A stretch of 64,000 bases of DNA from Candidatus Bathyarchaeia archaeon (GCA_049521795.1 JBEKOM010000002.1:1-64000), one strand, 5' to 3'. Positions 46,901 through 58,021 are shown, counted from the first letter of the stretch. Numbers and translations are program-made. Notes: generated from the sequence alone by a model not told the origin.

Positions 46901-48306
46901 CTCTCGCCCACTATTTCTTTAAGAGCATTCGCTAGGTGTTGGATCTCCTCTTTTGAGTGGATTTCGGTCACGCAGAACAGTGCTGTTTGACCCAGCTGGG
47001 GGAACTCTTTTGACAGGTCTTTTCCTCCCTGAATCTGATGCTTCAAAAGTCTTCTGTTGACCTCATTGACGGTGAGGTTTGCTTGGTCGAAGTTCACTGT
47101 GAACTCTTTGAAGTGTGCTGTTTTGAAAATGGGGACTCTGACCTTGCCTATTCTTGAAAGCAGACGCATGGCGTAGTTGGCCTTGTACATTATTGTTTCT
47201 CCGAGCTCGCGCAGGCCTTCTGGTCCGAGCAGAGCCATGTAAACAGCAGAGGCCACTGCGCACAGAGCCTCGTTCGTGCAGATGTTAGATGTGGCTTTCT
47301 CTCGTCTTATGTGCTGCTCGCGAGTTTGCATCGTCATGCAAAAGCCCTGCCTGCTGTCGTCTTGAGTTTTGGTCAGCCCGATTATTCTGCCCGGCATCTG
47401 TCTTATCAGAGTCATGTCGTCGCGGCAGGCCATTATTCCTAACAGAGGACCACCGAAGTTCATTGCGTTCCCTAGGGGTTGAGCCTCTCCGACAACGATG
47501 TCTGCCCCATATTCGCCCGGAGGCTTCAACAGTCCAAGTGACGTTGGGTCGACTCCCGTTATGAAAAGGGCGTTGTGCAAGTGTGCTTCCTGGCTTATCT
47601 CCTCAGCCTGTGTTTCGATAAATCCTAAATGGTGCGGGTTTTCGACATAGACGGCTGCCGTTTCGTCTGAGATTTTGCTTTTAAGGTCTTCGAGGTTCAG
47701 CTGCCCAGTCTCCATGTCATAGGCAACTTCTCTGATTTTGATTCCTACTGGGTCAGAGTAGACTTTCAGCGTTGAGGCTCTCTCAGGATGAACAAGCTTC
47801 GGAACCAACACCTCCTTGCGCCTTTTGACTCTTGCAGCCATGCGCGCCGCTTCGCCCAGTGCGGAAGCCCAGTCGTACATCGAGCAGTTAGCTACTGTCA
47901 TGCCTGTTAGTTCACAGATCATACTCTGATACTCAAAAAGTGCTTGAAGCATGCCCTGTGAGATTTCAGGCTGGTACGGAGTGTAGGACGTTAAAAACTC
48001 GCTGCGTTGAACGATCTCTTGAACGACTGCTGGCACATAATGGGGCCAGCAGCCTGCACCTAAGAAAACTGACATACGATTGCTTGCATCACCCTTTGAC
48101 AACAAGGCCTCAACATGCTTTCTGACTTCAAACTCAGACAAGCCCTTCTCTGGAAGGCTTAGCCTCTTCTTCAGAAGGTACCTCTCTGGAACGTCTCTGT
48201 ACAGTTCGGCGATGTCACGTATGCCTATCTCTCGCATCATTTCTTGTTTAGTTTCGGAAACGGAATTGGGAATGTAAGGATGACTGGGTCTGGTCACAAA
48301 CTTCAC
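46897..48306 (-). CDS. gcvPA: Glycine dehydrogenase (decarboxylating) subunit 1
   Basis: FLGAG, YTPYQPEISQG, QTREQHIRREKATSNICTN. Confidence 0.96.
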   Translation of the reverse strand: MKFVTRPSHPYIPNSVSETKQEMMREIGIRDIAELYRDVPERYLLKKRLSLPEKGLSEFEVRKHVEALLSKGDASNRMSVFLGAGCWPHYVPAVVQEIVQRSEFLTSYTPYQPEISQGMLQALFEYQSMICELTGMTVANCSMYDWASALGEAARMAARVKRRKEVLVPKLVHPERASTLKVYSDPVGIKIREVAYDMETGQLNLEDLKSKISDETAAVYVENPHHLGFIETQAEEISQEAHLHNALFITGVDPTSLGLLKPPGEYGADIVVGEAQPLGNAMNFGGPLLGIMACRDDMTLIRQMPGRIIGLTKTQDDSRQGFCMTMQTREQHIRREKATSNICTNEALCAVASAVYMALLGPEGLRELGETIMYKANYAMRLLSRIGKVRVPIFKTAHFKEFTVNFDQANLTVNEVNRRLLKHQIQGGKDLSKEFPQLGQTALFCVTEIHSKEEIQHLANALKEIVGER

Positions 48307-48594
48307 CGTTGCGAAGTAGAAAGTAGAGAGCTGTTGCTTCTTTAAGCTTTTTCACGGGTTCGCGAGATGGGCTCTTTGAAGGGTGAGGAGCGATACGCGT
48401 TGGAACCATTCCATTGATTCAACTTGATGAAGCGCGATGTTAAATGCCGAGGTGTTATTTCTGTTGATGCCTTTTTTAGGATTTTCCAAATCTATGCAGC
48501 AGCTGCAGCTCCCACACGTGAGACAGCGGCCTAATTTTTCAGAATAAAGTCTTTAATAGTGTGTTGCGTCTTGTTTCTGTTGGAGAGTTCACCC

Positions 48595-49005
48595 ATGAAG
48601 TATGACTACGACGAACTGCTGAAGCGAGCACGAGGTCAGTTTCCAGAGGTGGCCTCAAAGCGTGAACGCTTGGAACTCCCTAGGCTGAGCTACGCAAGGA
48701 TAGGCATGCGCACGGTGATTTACAATTTTAAAGAAGTCGCTGATGCCTTGAACCGTGACCCCCAACACCTGCTCAAGTTCTTGACGGGTGAGATGGCCAC
48801 GGCTGCAACGATGCAGGCGTCAAGGGTGATTTTCCAAGGCAAGTTTTCAGAGGACACTTTTCAGAGACTTATGCAGAGATACTTAGAGACCTTCGTCGTG
48901 TGCCCCGTGTGTAAGCGTCCGGACACGAAAATCATCAAAGAAAAGCGCTTGTCTTTCCTAATGTGTGAGGCGTGTGGGGCAAGGTCCTCTATCAAGCAGC
49001 TGTAA
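48595..49005 (+). CDS. eif2b: Translation initiation factor aIF-2 beta
   Basis: YDELLKRA, NRDPQHLLKFL, CPVCKRPDT, CEACGA. Confidence 0.95.
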   Translation: MKYDYDELLKRARGQFPEVASKRERLELPRLSYARIGMRTVIYNFKEVADALNRDPQHLLKFLTGEMATAATMQASRVIFQGKFSEDTFQRLMQRYLETFVVCPVCKRPDTKIIKEKRLSFLMCEACGARSSIKQL

Positions 49006-49018
49006 GAGTGCTCAAACA

Positions 49019-49315
49019 TTGGAAGTCTACATGAACCTGAAGAAGATCGGCAGAAACGTGCTTCTCTGCATGTGTGACACGGAGATTCTGGGCAGAACTT
49101 TGCACGAAGGAAAGATAGTTTTCTGCGTTAAGGAAGACTTCTACAAGGGCGCCAGAGTACCTGTTGAAGAAGCAGTGTGTTTGATTGAAACGTCTACGAT
49201 AGTCAACATGGTGGGCAAGAACATCGTGAAAAAGGCGATAGAAAGAGGCTTTGTACACCCAGATGCAGTGTTGAACATAGAGGGCGTGCCACACGCTCAA
49301 ATCGTAAAACTCTAA
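49019..49315 (+). CDS. DUF424 family protein
   Basis: CDTEILG, FYKG, VNMVG, GVPHAQ; typical neighbour of aIF-2 beta. Confidence 0.9.
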   Translation: MEVYMNLKKIGRNVLLCMCDTEILGRTLHEGKIVFCVKEDFYKGARVPVEEAVCLIETSTIVNMVGKNIVKKAIERGFVHPDAVLNIEGVPHAQIVKL

Positions 49316-49464
49316 GCACAGATAGACAGAATCTTGCTCTTTCTCCTTCTCTCAACCTTCTTGGAGTCGGCGAAAGTCGGAATTAAACTCTCAAAGGGTG
49401 AACCATGTCTGGTCAAGTGGCCCAGAGAGATGTGACAGTTGAGTTGCAGCAAAGTGCGATTTCT

Positions 49465-49478
49465 AAAAAACTTATATT
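49465..49478 (+). promoter_or_regulatory. BRE/TATA box for a probably leaderless subtilase transcript
   Basis: AAAAAACTTATAT with the TATA about 24-29 nt upstream of ATG 49501. Confidence 0.45.
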
Positions 49479-49500
49479 TTGCGGTTAGCGTCTTCTGAGG

Positions 49501-52500
49501 ATGGGAAAGGGGAGGTTGAAGAAATCACTTCTTGTTCTGATTCTGATATTGCTGATGGAAACGCTCCCTCTCATGGCCAGCGTTCAGTCAGCCAAGCTTT
49601 GGTCTAAACCGTGGACTTTGTCCTACGGGGCGCCTGATGTCCTTTGGACCGGATATGATTCAACACAAACCATGAAGGCTGCTGCTCAAGAAGGATTAAA
49701 CACAAGATCGAGGAACAATGGTTATCCGGCATTCAAAGATCCGGGCACGTCAAATATCTTTGGCATGCCTAGCTTGAATGATTCTGACTGGGTTGACAAC
49801 GGTTCTGCAGAATTGGTGATAGGGCTCAACGATGCCGAGCAGAACCATTACTCTGACTTAATAGACCTCATTGCGAACAGCAGAGGCAAACTCGTTGAAA
49901 CTCTTCTAGTAGGCAAAAAGGTCTCAGCTCTTGTGGTCAAGGTTCCTGTCAGTTCTGTATCGAATCTTGTGTCAGAAACCAGGCTGTCAAAATGGGCCAG
50001 ATACGTCGAACCCAACGTAAAGATGCGGGCAGATTTTACTCCAAACGACCCATATTGGCTGAACCAGTGGGGACCGGCTAAGATACAGGCTGACTTTGCT
50101 TGGAATACAACGATGGGTAGCGCTTCAATAATTGTGGCGGTTGTTGACACGGGGGTTGATTGGAGTCACCCTGACCTCGCTCCGAACTATGTTCCGCTTG
50201 GATATGACTGGGTCAACAATAACCCGGACCCCATGGATGATAACGGGCACGGAACACACGTTGCCGGAATAATAGCCGCCGCAATCAACAACAGCGTTGG
50301 GATAGCTGGTTTAGCGAACGTCAGGATCATGGCTGAAAAAGTCCTAGACAAAGACGGGAGCGGGACAACAAGCGACGTCGCTCAGGGAATTATCCATGCT
50401 GTGGACAGCGGGGCAAAGATCATTAACCTAAGCCTGGGGGCCACTTACCCAAGCGAGGTTTTGTACGAAGCAGTAAGGTATGCCTTCGAGCATGGTGTGC
50501 TAGTTGTTGCATCGGCAGGAAACAGCGCTTCAAGCGTCAAGGAATACCCTGCAGGTTACGACGAAGTCGTGGCCGTGTCTGCTACCACCATGTCAGACAG
50601 CTTGGCGAGTTTCAGCAACTATGGAAATTGGATCGACGTCGCTGCGCCAGGCGTCCATATCTATTCAACGATAATCAACGATTCCTATGCCTACTTAAGC
50701 GGCACATCAATGGCAAGCCCTCACGCTGCCGGAGTTGCGGCTTTGATTTGGAGCAGGTTTCCAAACATGACACGAGATCAGGTGTGGGCTCAATTGCAAT
50801 ACACTGCGGACGACCTTGGCACCCCGGGCTTTGACATCTACTACGGATTTGGAAGAATCGACGCTAAAAAGGCAGTGGAGCAAGTTCCAATGAATCACGA
50901 TTTACTTGTCTTAAGAATGAGAGGCCCTTCATTCGTGCAACTTGATACTGAAGCAACGGTCAACACCACGGTACTTAACATGGGAAACAGCAACGAAAGC
51001 GGCGTGACAGTCGAGTTGCTCGTCAACGGCACCGTCGCTAATTCCTCTGCAATCGGGCTGTTGGAAAGCGGTGCATCAGAAATAGTGAGCCTCTCATGGA
51101 ACGGCACGGTTGAAGGAGTGTACAATGTAACGGCTTACGTCTTGCCCGTGGCAGGTGAGACTTCCATTGAGAACAATGCTTTCTCTACGCAGGTACTGTG
51201 TAAATCTCCACAGATTATCAGGGTGCCAAGTGATTATGGCACGATTCAGGGAGCTGTAAATGCGGCTAACGAGGGGGACACGATACTTGTGGCTTCGGGA
51301 ACGTACCATGAAAACGTTCAAATTGTAACGTCGGGCTTGACGATCATTGGAGAGAACAAAACCTCTACCGTCATTGACGGAGGCGGAAAAGGCAATGTGG
51401 TGTCCGTAACCGCGGATAAAGTGGAGATAGACGGTTTCACCATTCAAAACGGTGGAAAGGACAACGTGGGCATTTCGTTGCTCGGGTCCGACGCTAACAC
51501 GATCAACAACACCGTCATAATCGGCAACACATACGGGCTTTTCTTAGACACTTCTCCAAGCACTACCGCTCGCAACAATGCGATCACCAATAATACGTTC
51601 AACTTCGGTTTGTACGGTGAATCTCTCATGGATTTCATCCAAGACATAGATTCTTCCAACACTGTTGCCGGCAAGCCTATCTGCTATATAGTCAACCAAA
51701 CGGGCAGCAGCGTTCCCACAGATGCTGGCTATGTAGCCGTGGTAAACTCGACAGACATAAACGTGATGGACGCGAATCTAACTGGAAATTATGAGGGTGT
51801 TTTATTCGCCTATTCCAGCTGGTCGGTCGTACAAAATGTGAACGCCTCAAACAACAGCGTCGACGTTTTCCTTTATGAGTCGTTGAACAACAGCGTAACA
51901 GACACTTTGCTAACGAACAGTGACGAGGGAATCTACTTGCTCTCTTCTGACAACAACACAATCGCGTCCAGCAACCTATCCAACAACACTTACGGTCTTG
52001 ACATCGCAAGATCATACAACAACGCCATGAATGATTTAGAGGTCTTCAACAACACCTACGGCGTGCTTTTGGAGATGTCAGGCAACAATTCTCTCAGAAA
52101 TAACAACATGACCATTAACCAATTCAACTTTGGCGTCGTAGGCACACAACTTTCCGCTCTAGTTAATGACGTGGACACGTCAAACATCGTGGATGGGAAG
52201 CCCGTGTACTACTTGGTCAATCAACACGATGAACAAATCCCGAAGGACGCAGGGTACGTTGCTGTAGTCAATTGCGCTAACATCACCGTAGCGCAACTGA
52301 ACGTAACGAAAAATGTGCAAGGCGTACTACTCGCATTTACGACAGACAGCACAATAAGCCAAAGCAACCTGACGGCGAACGATCAGAATGGCATCATATT
52401 CTGCTCTTCAGATCAGAACAGGATTTACTCAAACAAATTGGCGGGTAACAGCGTAGGCATTAGTACCGTCGATTCGATCAACAATACGATATATCACAAC

Positions 52501-53226
52501 AACTTTATGGGAGACAACGTGGAAGCTCTTTGCACCAACTCGTCAGACCTCTGGGACAACGGATACCGCTCTGGCGGAAACTACTGGATCAACTTCACTG
52601 AGTTAGACTCGCGCAGGGGCGTGTATCAGAACGAGACAGGAAGTGACGGAATTGGAGACACCCCTTACGTCATTGACAGCCACAACAAGGACAACTATCC
52701 ACTAATGCAACCTTGGACTGGCCATGATATCACTGTCATCAGCGCCACGTCAACCAAGACCGTGATTGGCAAAGGCTTCAGCTACGAAGTGATCGTCAAC
52801 GTCGCCAACGATGGCGACACCGCTGAAACGGTTAACATAACCGCCTACGCAAACGCGACGGTTATAGGCACTCAGCAAATCACCAACCTAAACGGGACGG
52901 AGCAAGATGTTCTAACGTTCGACCAGAACACTACAGGTCTAGCCTACGGCAACTACACCATAAGCGCCTACGCTTCGCCAGTTCCAGGCGAAACAAACAT
53001 CGCGAACAACAACGTGACAGCAGACTCGATCTACGTAGGCATCCCAGGCGACATCAACGGAGACGGGACAGTCAACATATTAGACGCCATACAAGTGAGC
53101 AACTCCTTCCTAGCCACGCCCGTCAGCTCAAACTGGAACTCTAATGCGGACATTAACGGCGACGGCACCGTGAACATACTCGACGCAATAATCATGGGAA
53201 ACCACTTCTTACAGCACTATCCATGA
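49501..53226 (+). CDS. Secreted S8 subtilase with CARDB, NosD-like beta-helix and C-terminal dockerin-like domains
   Basis: Signal peptide; triad VDTG / HGTHVAG / GTSMASPH; NN-rich beta-helix repeats; twice DINGDGTVNILDA. Confidence 0.93.
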   Translation: MGKGRLKKSLLVLILILLMETLPLMASVQSAKLWSKPWTLSYGAPDVLWTGYDSTQTMKAAAQEGLNTRSRNNGYPAFKDPGTSNIFGMPSLNDSDWVDNGSAELVIGLNDAEQNHYSDLIDLIANSRGKLVETLLVGKKVSALVVKVPVSSVSNLVSETRLSKWARYVEPNVKMRADFTPNDPYWLNQWGPAKIQADFAWNTTMGSASIIVAVVDTGVDWSHPDLAPNYVPLGYDWVNNNPDPMDDNGHGTHVAGIIAAAINNSVGIAGLANVRIMAEKVLDKDGSGTTSDVAQGIIHAVDSGAKIINLSLGATYPSEVLYEAVRYAFEHGVLVVASAGNSASSVKEYPAGYDEVVAVSATTMSDSLASFSNYGNWIDVAAPGVHIYSTIINDSYAYLSGTSMASPHAAGVAALIWSRFPNMTRDQVWAQLQYTADDLGTPGFDIYYGFGRIDAKKAVEQVPMNHDLLVLRMRGPSFVQLDTEATVNTTVLNMGNSNESGVTVELLVNGTVANSSAIGLLESGASEIVSLSWNGTVEGVYNVTAYVLPVAGETSIENNAFSTQVLCKSPQIIRVPSDYGTIQGAVNAANEGDTILVASGTYHENVQIVTSGLTIIGENKTSTVIDGGGKGNVVSVTADKVEIDGFTIQNGGKDNVGISLLGSDANTINNTVIIGNTYGLFLDTSPSTTARNNAITNNTFNFGLYGESLMDFIQDIDSSNTVAGKPICYIVNQTGSSVPTDAGYVAVVNSTDINVMDANLTGNYEGVLFAYSSWSVVQNVNASNNSVDVFLYESLNNSVTDTLLTNSDEGIYLLSSDNNTIASSNLSNNTYGLDIARSYNNAMNDLEVFNNTYGVLLEMSGNNSLRNNNMTINQFNFGVVGTQLSALVNDVDTSNIVDGKPVYYLVNQHDEQIPKDAGYVAVVNCANITVAQLNVTKNVQGVLLAFTTDSTISQSNLTANDQNGIIFCSSDQNRIYSNKLAGNSVGISTVDSINNTIYHNNFMGDNVEALCTNSSDLWDNGYRSGGNYWINFTELDSRRGVYQNETGSDGIGDTPYVIDSHNKDNYPLMQPWTGHDITVISATSTKTVIGKGFSYEVIVNVANDGDTAETVNITAYANATVIGTQQITNLNGTEQDVLTFDQNTTGLAYGNYTISAYASPVPGETNIANNNVTADSIYVGIPGDINGDGTVNILDAIQVSNSFLATPVSSNWNSNADINGDGTVNILDAIIMGNHFLQHYP

Positions 53227-53374
53227 CTCTCGCTCTGACTGGACGAGCCTTTTGCGTCGTCGATTTGCAGGTTCGCCTCAATTTAAGCTTTAAGCGTTGA
53301 GAGCCTCACTTGTTGAACATACTTTAAAAGGAAGAACCATAACTCTTGTAGGATAATGTGCTCGAGGTGTTCAA

Positions 53375-53680
53375 TTGGGTAAGAAAAAGGTCCTGACAGA
53401 GCAGGAGCTAAACAGGTTGGTGATTCCTTCGAAGAACGATGTTCTAGGCGTAGCAATCAAACTTCTCGGTTTCGACCGTGTCCGCGTCAAGTGTCAGGAC
53501 GGACATGAACGTTTATGCCGTATCCGCGGCAAGATGAAGAGACGCGTCTGGATAAGGGAAGGAGATATTGTCTTGGTGTCGCCATGGGACTTCCAGAGCG
53601 ACACACGTGGAGACTTGACATGGCGTTACACGAAGGCGCAGGCAGAGCAACTCCGAAGGGAACATCACATAACCATCTAG
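53375..53680 (+). CDS. eif1a: Translation initiation factor aIF-1A
   Basis: CRIRGKMKRRVWIREGDIVLVSPWDFQ, WRYT. Confidence 0.96.
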   Translation: MGKKKVLTEQELNRLVIPSKNDVLGVAIKLLGFDRVRVKCQDGHERLCRIRGKMKRRVWIREGDIVLVSPWDFQSDTRGDLTWRYTKAQAEQLRREHHITI

Positions 53681-54057
53681 TTTTGCCTTGACCATCAACG
53701 GAAGCGTTTGAATGGCTTTTCGCAAGCGCGTGAACAAAAGGCTGAGACCAAGGCATGACGTCCTCGACTTTAAAGGGCATTCAGCTTTCCAACTCGCGTG
53801 TCTTGAACGCAAATTATAGTCATCATCCTGCACTCATAAAGCATTTGATGATATTTTTTGCCGTGTTGTTAAGGTGGATTGCCGCCATATACGGAAACAT
53901 CAACGAAAAACGCCAAAAATGGGGGATGCACGAGAGACATCCCCATCCGAACGCAAGTACCTCACCCCGCCCAGTATTTAGTGACCTCATAGGCTTTTCT
54001 CATAAATATTGATATAAACCAAGAGCGGTAATATCAAACAGAAAAAAGGGGAATTGG

Positions 54058-54855
54058 ATGAGCAGGCAGAGAGCTGAAGACAAGCTAACGAGGAAAGAAC
54101 AGCGCCACGAGCGCGATCAGCGGATGCTAACCAAAGACTTTTCATCCGAAAGAGCGGTTATGGAAGAGGTTTTCGACAAGTCCACGCTCATGGTGATCTA
54201 CGAATTCATGAACAAAGGGAACATAGATGAGATTCACGGCGTTGTCAAGGCCGGAAAGGAGGCGAGGGTCTACTGGGGAAAAGACAAAGAAGGAAAGGAG
54301 CTGGCGATAAAGATTTACCTGGTCGTGTCCTCAGAGTTCCGGAAAGGCTTATTAAAGTACATTGAGGGGGATCCTCGTTTTCAAGGAGTGAGACATGACA
54401 CCCGCTCTTTGATTTTCGCGTGGGCCCAGAAAGAGTTCAAGAATCTGGAGCTGGCCACACGAGCCAGCGTAAGGGTCCCGAAACCGATCGCCGTGAAGAA
54501 CAATGTGCTCATCATGGAGTTCATAGGCGAAAACGGCGAAGGCGCGCCATCATTCAAAGAGAAGACACCTAAAAACCCCGCGAAAGTCTACGAGACGGTC
54601 ATGACTTATCTGGAGAGGCTGTACCGCAAGGCTGGACTAGTCCATGGGGACCTGAGCGAGTACAACATAATGACTTGGAGAGGACGGACAGTGTTGTTCG
54701 ACGTGGCCCAGGCTGTTCCCCTTGTGCACCCCATGGCAAGCTATCTTCTCCGCAGAGACCTAACTAATCTCAACAAGTATTTCAGCCGCTTAGGCGTTAA
54801 GGTTCCGTCCGTCGAAGAATCCTACAGGAGGGTGACTGGTCGTGGCGAGAGCTAA
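54058..54855 (+). CDS. rio1: RIO1 serine kinase
   Basis: GKEARVY, AIKIY, WAQKEFKNL, LVHGDLSEYN. Confidence 0.94.
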   Translation: MSRQRAEDKLTRKEQRHERDQRMLTKDFSSERAVMEEVFDKSTLMVIYEFMNKGNIDEIHGVVKAGKEARVYWGKDKEGKELAIKIYLVVSSEFRKGLLKYIEGDPRFQGVRHDTRSLIFAWAQKEFKNLELATRASVRVPKPIAVKNNVLIMEFIGENGEGAPSFKEKTPKNPAKVYETVMTYLERLYRKAGLVHGDLSEYNIMTWRGRTVLFDVAQAVPLVHPMASYLLRRDLTNLNKYFSRLGVKVPSVEESYRRVTGRGES

Positions 54856-55423
54856 CACGTTCATAAAAATCCCCAAAGAACGCGTGGGTGCATTAATCGG
54901 ACCCCAGGGAACCATAAAAAAGAGCATTGAGGAAAAGCTCTCAGTGGAACTTCAAATTGACAGCGAAACCGGCGATGTCACCGTGGTGATGGGTGAAAAC
55001 GTCACCGACCCCTCCATGCTTTTCAGGGCAAAAGACGTTGTCACGGCCGTTGGGAGAGGATTTTCACCCGAACATGCTTTTCGACTTATTCGCGACGAAG
55101 AAGCCGTTCTGGACATTTTGGACCTGAGGACCGTTTTCGGAAAGTCTGAGGCAGACATCATCCGTGTCAAAGGAAGAATAATCGGAATGAACGGCAAGAC
55201 CCGCATGATAATCGAAGAACTGACAGACACTAATGTTGCTGTCTACGGGCACACAGTAGGCATAATCGGCACGTTAGAACAGGCTCAAGTGGCAAGAGAA
55301 GCGATTGAAATGCTCATAAGGGGCAGCATGCACGCCACAGTCTACAGATTTCTGCAGAGAAAGCGAAGACAACTGAAGAAGAAGATGCTTGAGATCTGGA
55401 AAAAACCACCTGAAGAAAAATAG
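54842..55423 (+). CDS. KH-domain rRNA processing protein Dim2/Pno1
   Basis: LIGPQG, GRGFSPE, GRIIGMNGKTR, GSMHATVY; follows rio1. Confidence 0.93.
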   Translation: MARANTFIKIPKERVGALIGPQGTIKKSIEEKLSVELQIDSETGDVTVVMGENVTDPSMLFRAKDVVTAVGRGFSPEHAFRLIRDEEAVLDILDLRTVFGKSEADIIRVKGRIIGMNGKTRMIIEELTDTNVAVYGHTVGIIGTLEQAQVAREAIEMLIRGSMHATVYRFLQRKRRQLKKKMLEIWKKPPEEK

Positions 55424-55692
55424 GAAAACCTCTGTGCCCTAACTCGCAAAAGGCTCAATTTCTTAATTGTTTGCCAAAGAAACGTTGTTTCGTATACAAA
55501 AGCATCAACGTAGTCCGTTCAATCAGACTGTTTCAGCCATGCGCGGCCGTTTCGTCGAGAAGCGGGCTCCGCACTCAAGATCACAATCATTTTCAGTTCA
55601 TGGGGCCAGAGTCTTCATCGCCCGCCACGCAAAACTAAAAGTATCCCGCATAAAAAGCTTATACGCATCGCACCAAGCTGCTGTGAGACCTG

Positions 55693-56676
55693 ATGCTAAG
55701 AAGGATTCGCGTCGTTCCGTTGGCCGCCGAGAGTCTCGGAGTGAGGTCCATGTGCACGTACGTTGAGACGCCTGACACGCGAATTCTCTTAGACGCTGGC
55801 GTTTCACTGTGTCCAAACCGTTTCGGCCTCCCTCCTCATCCCAAAGAGTTCAGAGCAATAGTTGAGAGTCGCAGAAGAATCGCCCGAGCCGCAGAGAAGG
55901 CTGAGGTCGTCACCATAAGTCACTACCATTATGACCACCACACGCCTTCCTTCGAGGACTGGCTGGTCAACTGGACAGACGCCGGTGAGACTGCCAGACA
56001 GATCTACGAAAACAAGACTCTTCTGATAAAGAATCCTCGAGAACAAATCAACTACAGCCAACGAGAGAGAGCTTGGATGTTCAGCAAGACAGGCGGCAAG
56101 TATGCAAAGAAGATCGAAAATGCAGATGGAAAAACCTTCACGTTTGGCGCCACGAGCGTGAAGTTCTCCGAACCGGTTTTCCACGGACCTGAAAACTCGG
56201 AGCTAGGATGGGTGCTGATGACAACGATCACATCGCAGGATGAGAAGTTCCTCTTAGCTCCAGACGTCCAAGGACCGATGTACGCTCGCACGCTCCAAAC
56301 GATCATCGATGAAAACCCTCAGCTGCTGATGATCGGAGGGCCACCGCTCTACCTTTCTCCGTTGAAGGTTGGCCAAAATGAAATTCAAAATGGTCTCAGA
56401 AACCTGGGGGAAATCGCGAGAAAAATCCCAAACGTTATCCTTGACCATCATGTTCTGCGAGACGAAAACTGGCAACAAAGCACGATCAACATATTCTACG
56501 ATGGTTACAGGTCAGGATCCACCATCCTGACAGCAGCCGAATTCTTGGGCAAAAAGAATGTTTTGCTTGAAGCTTCAAGGAAGCGACTCTTCAACGAAAA
56601 CCCGCCGCCCAAAGAGTTTGAAACCTGGATGAAAGCCAACGATGAGACCAGGAAGCATACGAAGCCGCCCATCTGA
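55693..56676 (+). CDS. MBL-fold metallohydrolase (UPF0282-like)
   Basis: AESLGVRS, ISHYHYDH, DVQGP, LDHH. Confidence 0.9.
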   Translation: MLRRIRVVPLAAESLGVRSMCTYVETPDTRILLDAGVSLCPNRFGLPPHPKEFRAIVESRRRIARAAEKAEVVTISHYHYDHHTPSFEDWLVNWTDAGETARQIYENKTLLIKNPREQINYSQRERAWMFSKTGGKYAKKIENADGKTFTFGATSVKFSEPVFHGPENSELGWVLMTTITSQDEKFLLAPDVQGPMYARTLQTIIDENPQLLMIGGPPLYLSPLKVGQNEIQNGLRNLGEIARKIPNVILDHHVLRDENWQQSTINIFYDGYRSGSTILTAAEFLGKKNVLLEASRKRLFNENPPPKEFETWMKANDETRKHTKPPI

Positions 56677-56764
56677 AGAGTTCGAGGTCGCTGAACTTCC
56701 GTCCTCAAATGCCTTCTAAGCGTCAGCGGAGGCCATGCTGATATCTTTGCGGATTAGCGCGCAG

Positions 56765-56959
56765 GCGTGTTCCTGAATTCTTTCGGGAGGCAGCTTGTGC
56801 TGCTCATCTGCTCTTCAACCATATTTGGATCATATAGGATACCCGGGGGGGAGGGCGTGAGAGCAAGAAAGCACCCAGCTTGAACCGTAAACAGTAACCA
56901 TCGTCCATCGGAAAACGCCACACCAGCCTCTTCAACGGAATCTAGGAACAAACATGCGC
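56765..56959. mobile_element. ~200-bp dispersed element with terminal inverted repeats, copy 2
   Basis: Homolog of 17059-17259, same orientation; ends TGTTCCTGAATTC / GAATCTAGGAACA; left end abuts TTAGCGCGC. Confidence 0.65.
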
Positions 56960-57308
56960 CTTACCCAGAACCCTTTTTGGAAACTCATCTGACAAAGGTT
57001 GATAGTTAAAATCCTCTTGCAACAAGTTACCAGAATCAAAAATCGCAATCACCACAGGGCCCATTCTTAATAGCGTTCTCCCGTCACTCTTCTTTGAGTT
57101 GTCTCTTCTTGTACTTCGTGTATCTTCTTTGATAAGGCATCTCAGCTTTCACGAGAAGAAAAATCGAAACTGTGCATCACCCGCTATGCAACACGAAGAA
57201 CCATCACCCTAAGATGAACCAGAACCTAGAAGAGAACTATAGAAGAAAATAATATCCTACTTTAAGTTGTGCTTTTTCATTATTATTACTGGGAGGAGGC
57301 TTCACATT

Positions 57309-57578
57309 TTGGCAACCAAGAGTCCTAGACATCGCACCTTTCTGGAGATTATCGCATCCATTTTGGATGCTTGCCAGCACGGAACTAGAAAAACCCGCGT
57401 GATGTACCAATGCAAAATGAGTTCCAAGCAGTTTACTGGCTACTTGGATTTATTGTTGGAAGCAAATCTTCTCCTAATCGATAATGACCGTCGATGTTTC
57501 CTGTTCAGAGTTTCAAGCAAAGGCAAAGACTTTCTGAAAGCATATAACGGTATGAAAACTCTGGTGGAATTGTCTTAA
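57309..57578 (+). CDS. Winged-helix transcription regulator (HTH_45-like)
   Basis: RTFLEIIASIL, KTRVMY, YLDLL, SSKGKDFL; GGAGG before TTG. Confidence 0.85.
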   Translation: MATKSPRHRTFLEIIASILDACQHGTRKTRVMYQCKMSSKQFTGYLDLLLEANLLLIDNDRRCFLFRVSSKGKDFLKAYNGMKTLVELS

Positions 57579-57775
57579 GTCGAATCCGCTTCCTATAGAA
57601 ACTCGGTCAAAAAACCTAGCAGAAACTGCATTAAGGCCCGCTTTTAGGAGTTATCAACCGAAAAGTAACAGTCTTAGAGAAGTGGCGCATCAACCGAAGA
57701 AGTAACAGAACCCCTTTGCGACACCTTTATTTATTGGTTCTGAGAAACGAAGTCTCCAGCCGTGTGGTGAAGTCC

Positions 57776-58021
57776 ATGGGATATAGCGAAGATGGCTCGA
57801 GCAGGTTTTCATTCTTGTCTTTTGCGCTCAGCGTTTTGGGGTTCTTCCTCATCGGCTTCTACTCAATCGGGTTGTACGTTGGGGTTGCTGCGATAATCCT
57901 TTCCTTCGCGGCAGAAGACCTACTCAAGGAAAAGTCCATGTGGCAATACCTGACAATCATCGTAGCAGTGGTCGACATTCTCGGCGCATTGGCCGGATGG
58001 AACATAGTGAGAAGATCATAG
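57776..58021 (+). CDS. Small membrane protein
   Basis: About 81 aa, three hydrophobic segments. Confidence 0.6.
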   Translation: MGYSEDGSSRFSFLSFALSVLGFFLIGFYSIGLYVGVAAIILSFAAEDLLKEKSMWQYLTIIVAVVDILGALAGWNIVRRS

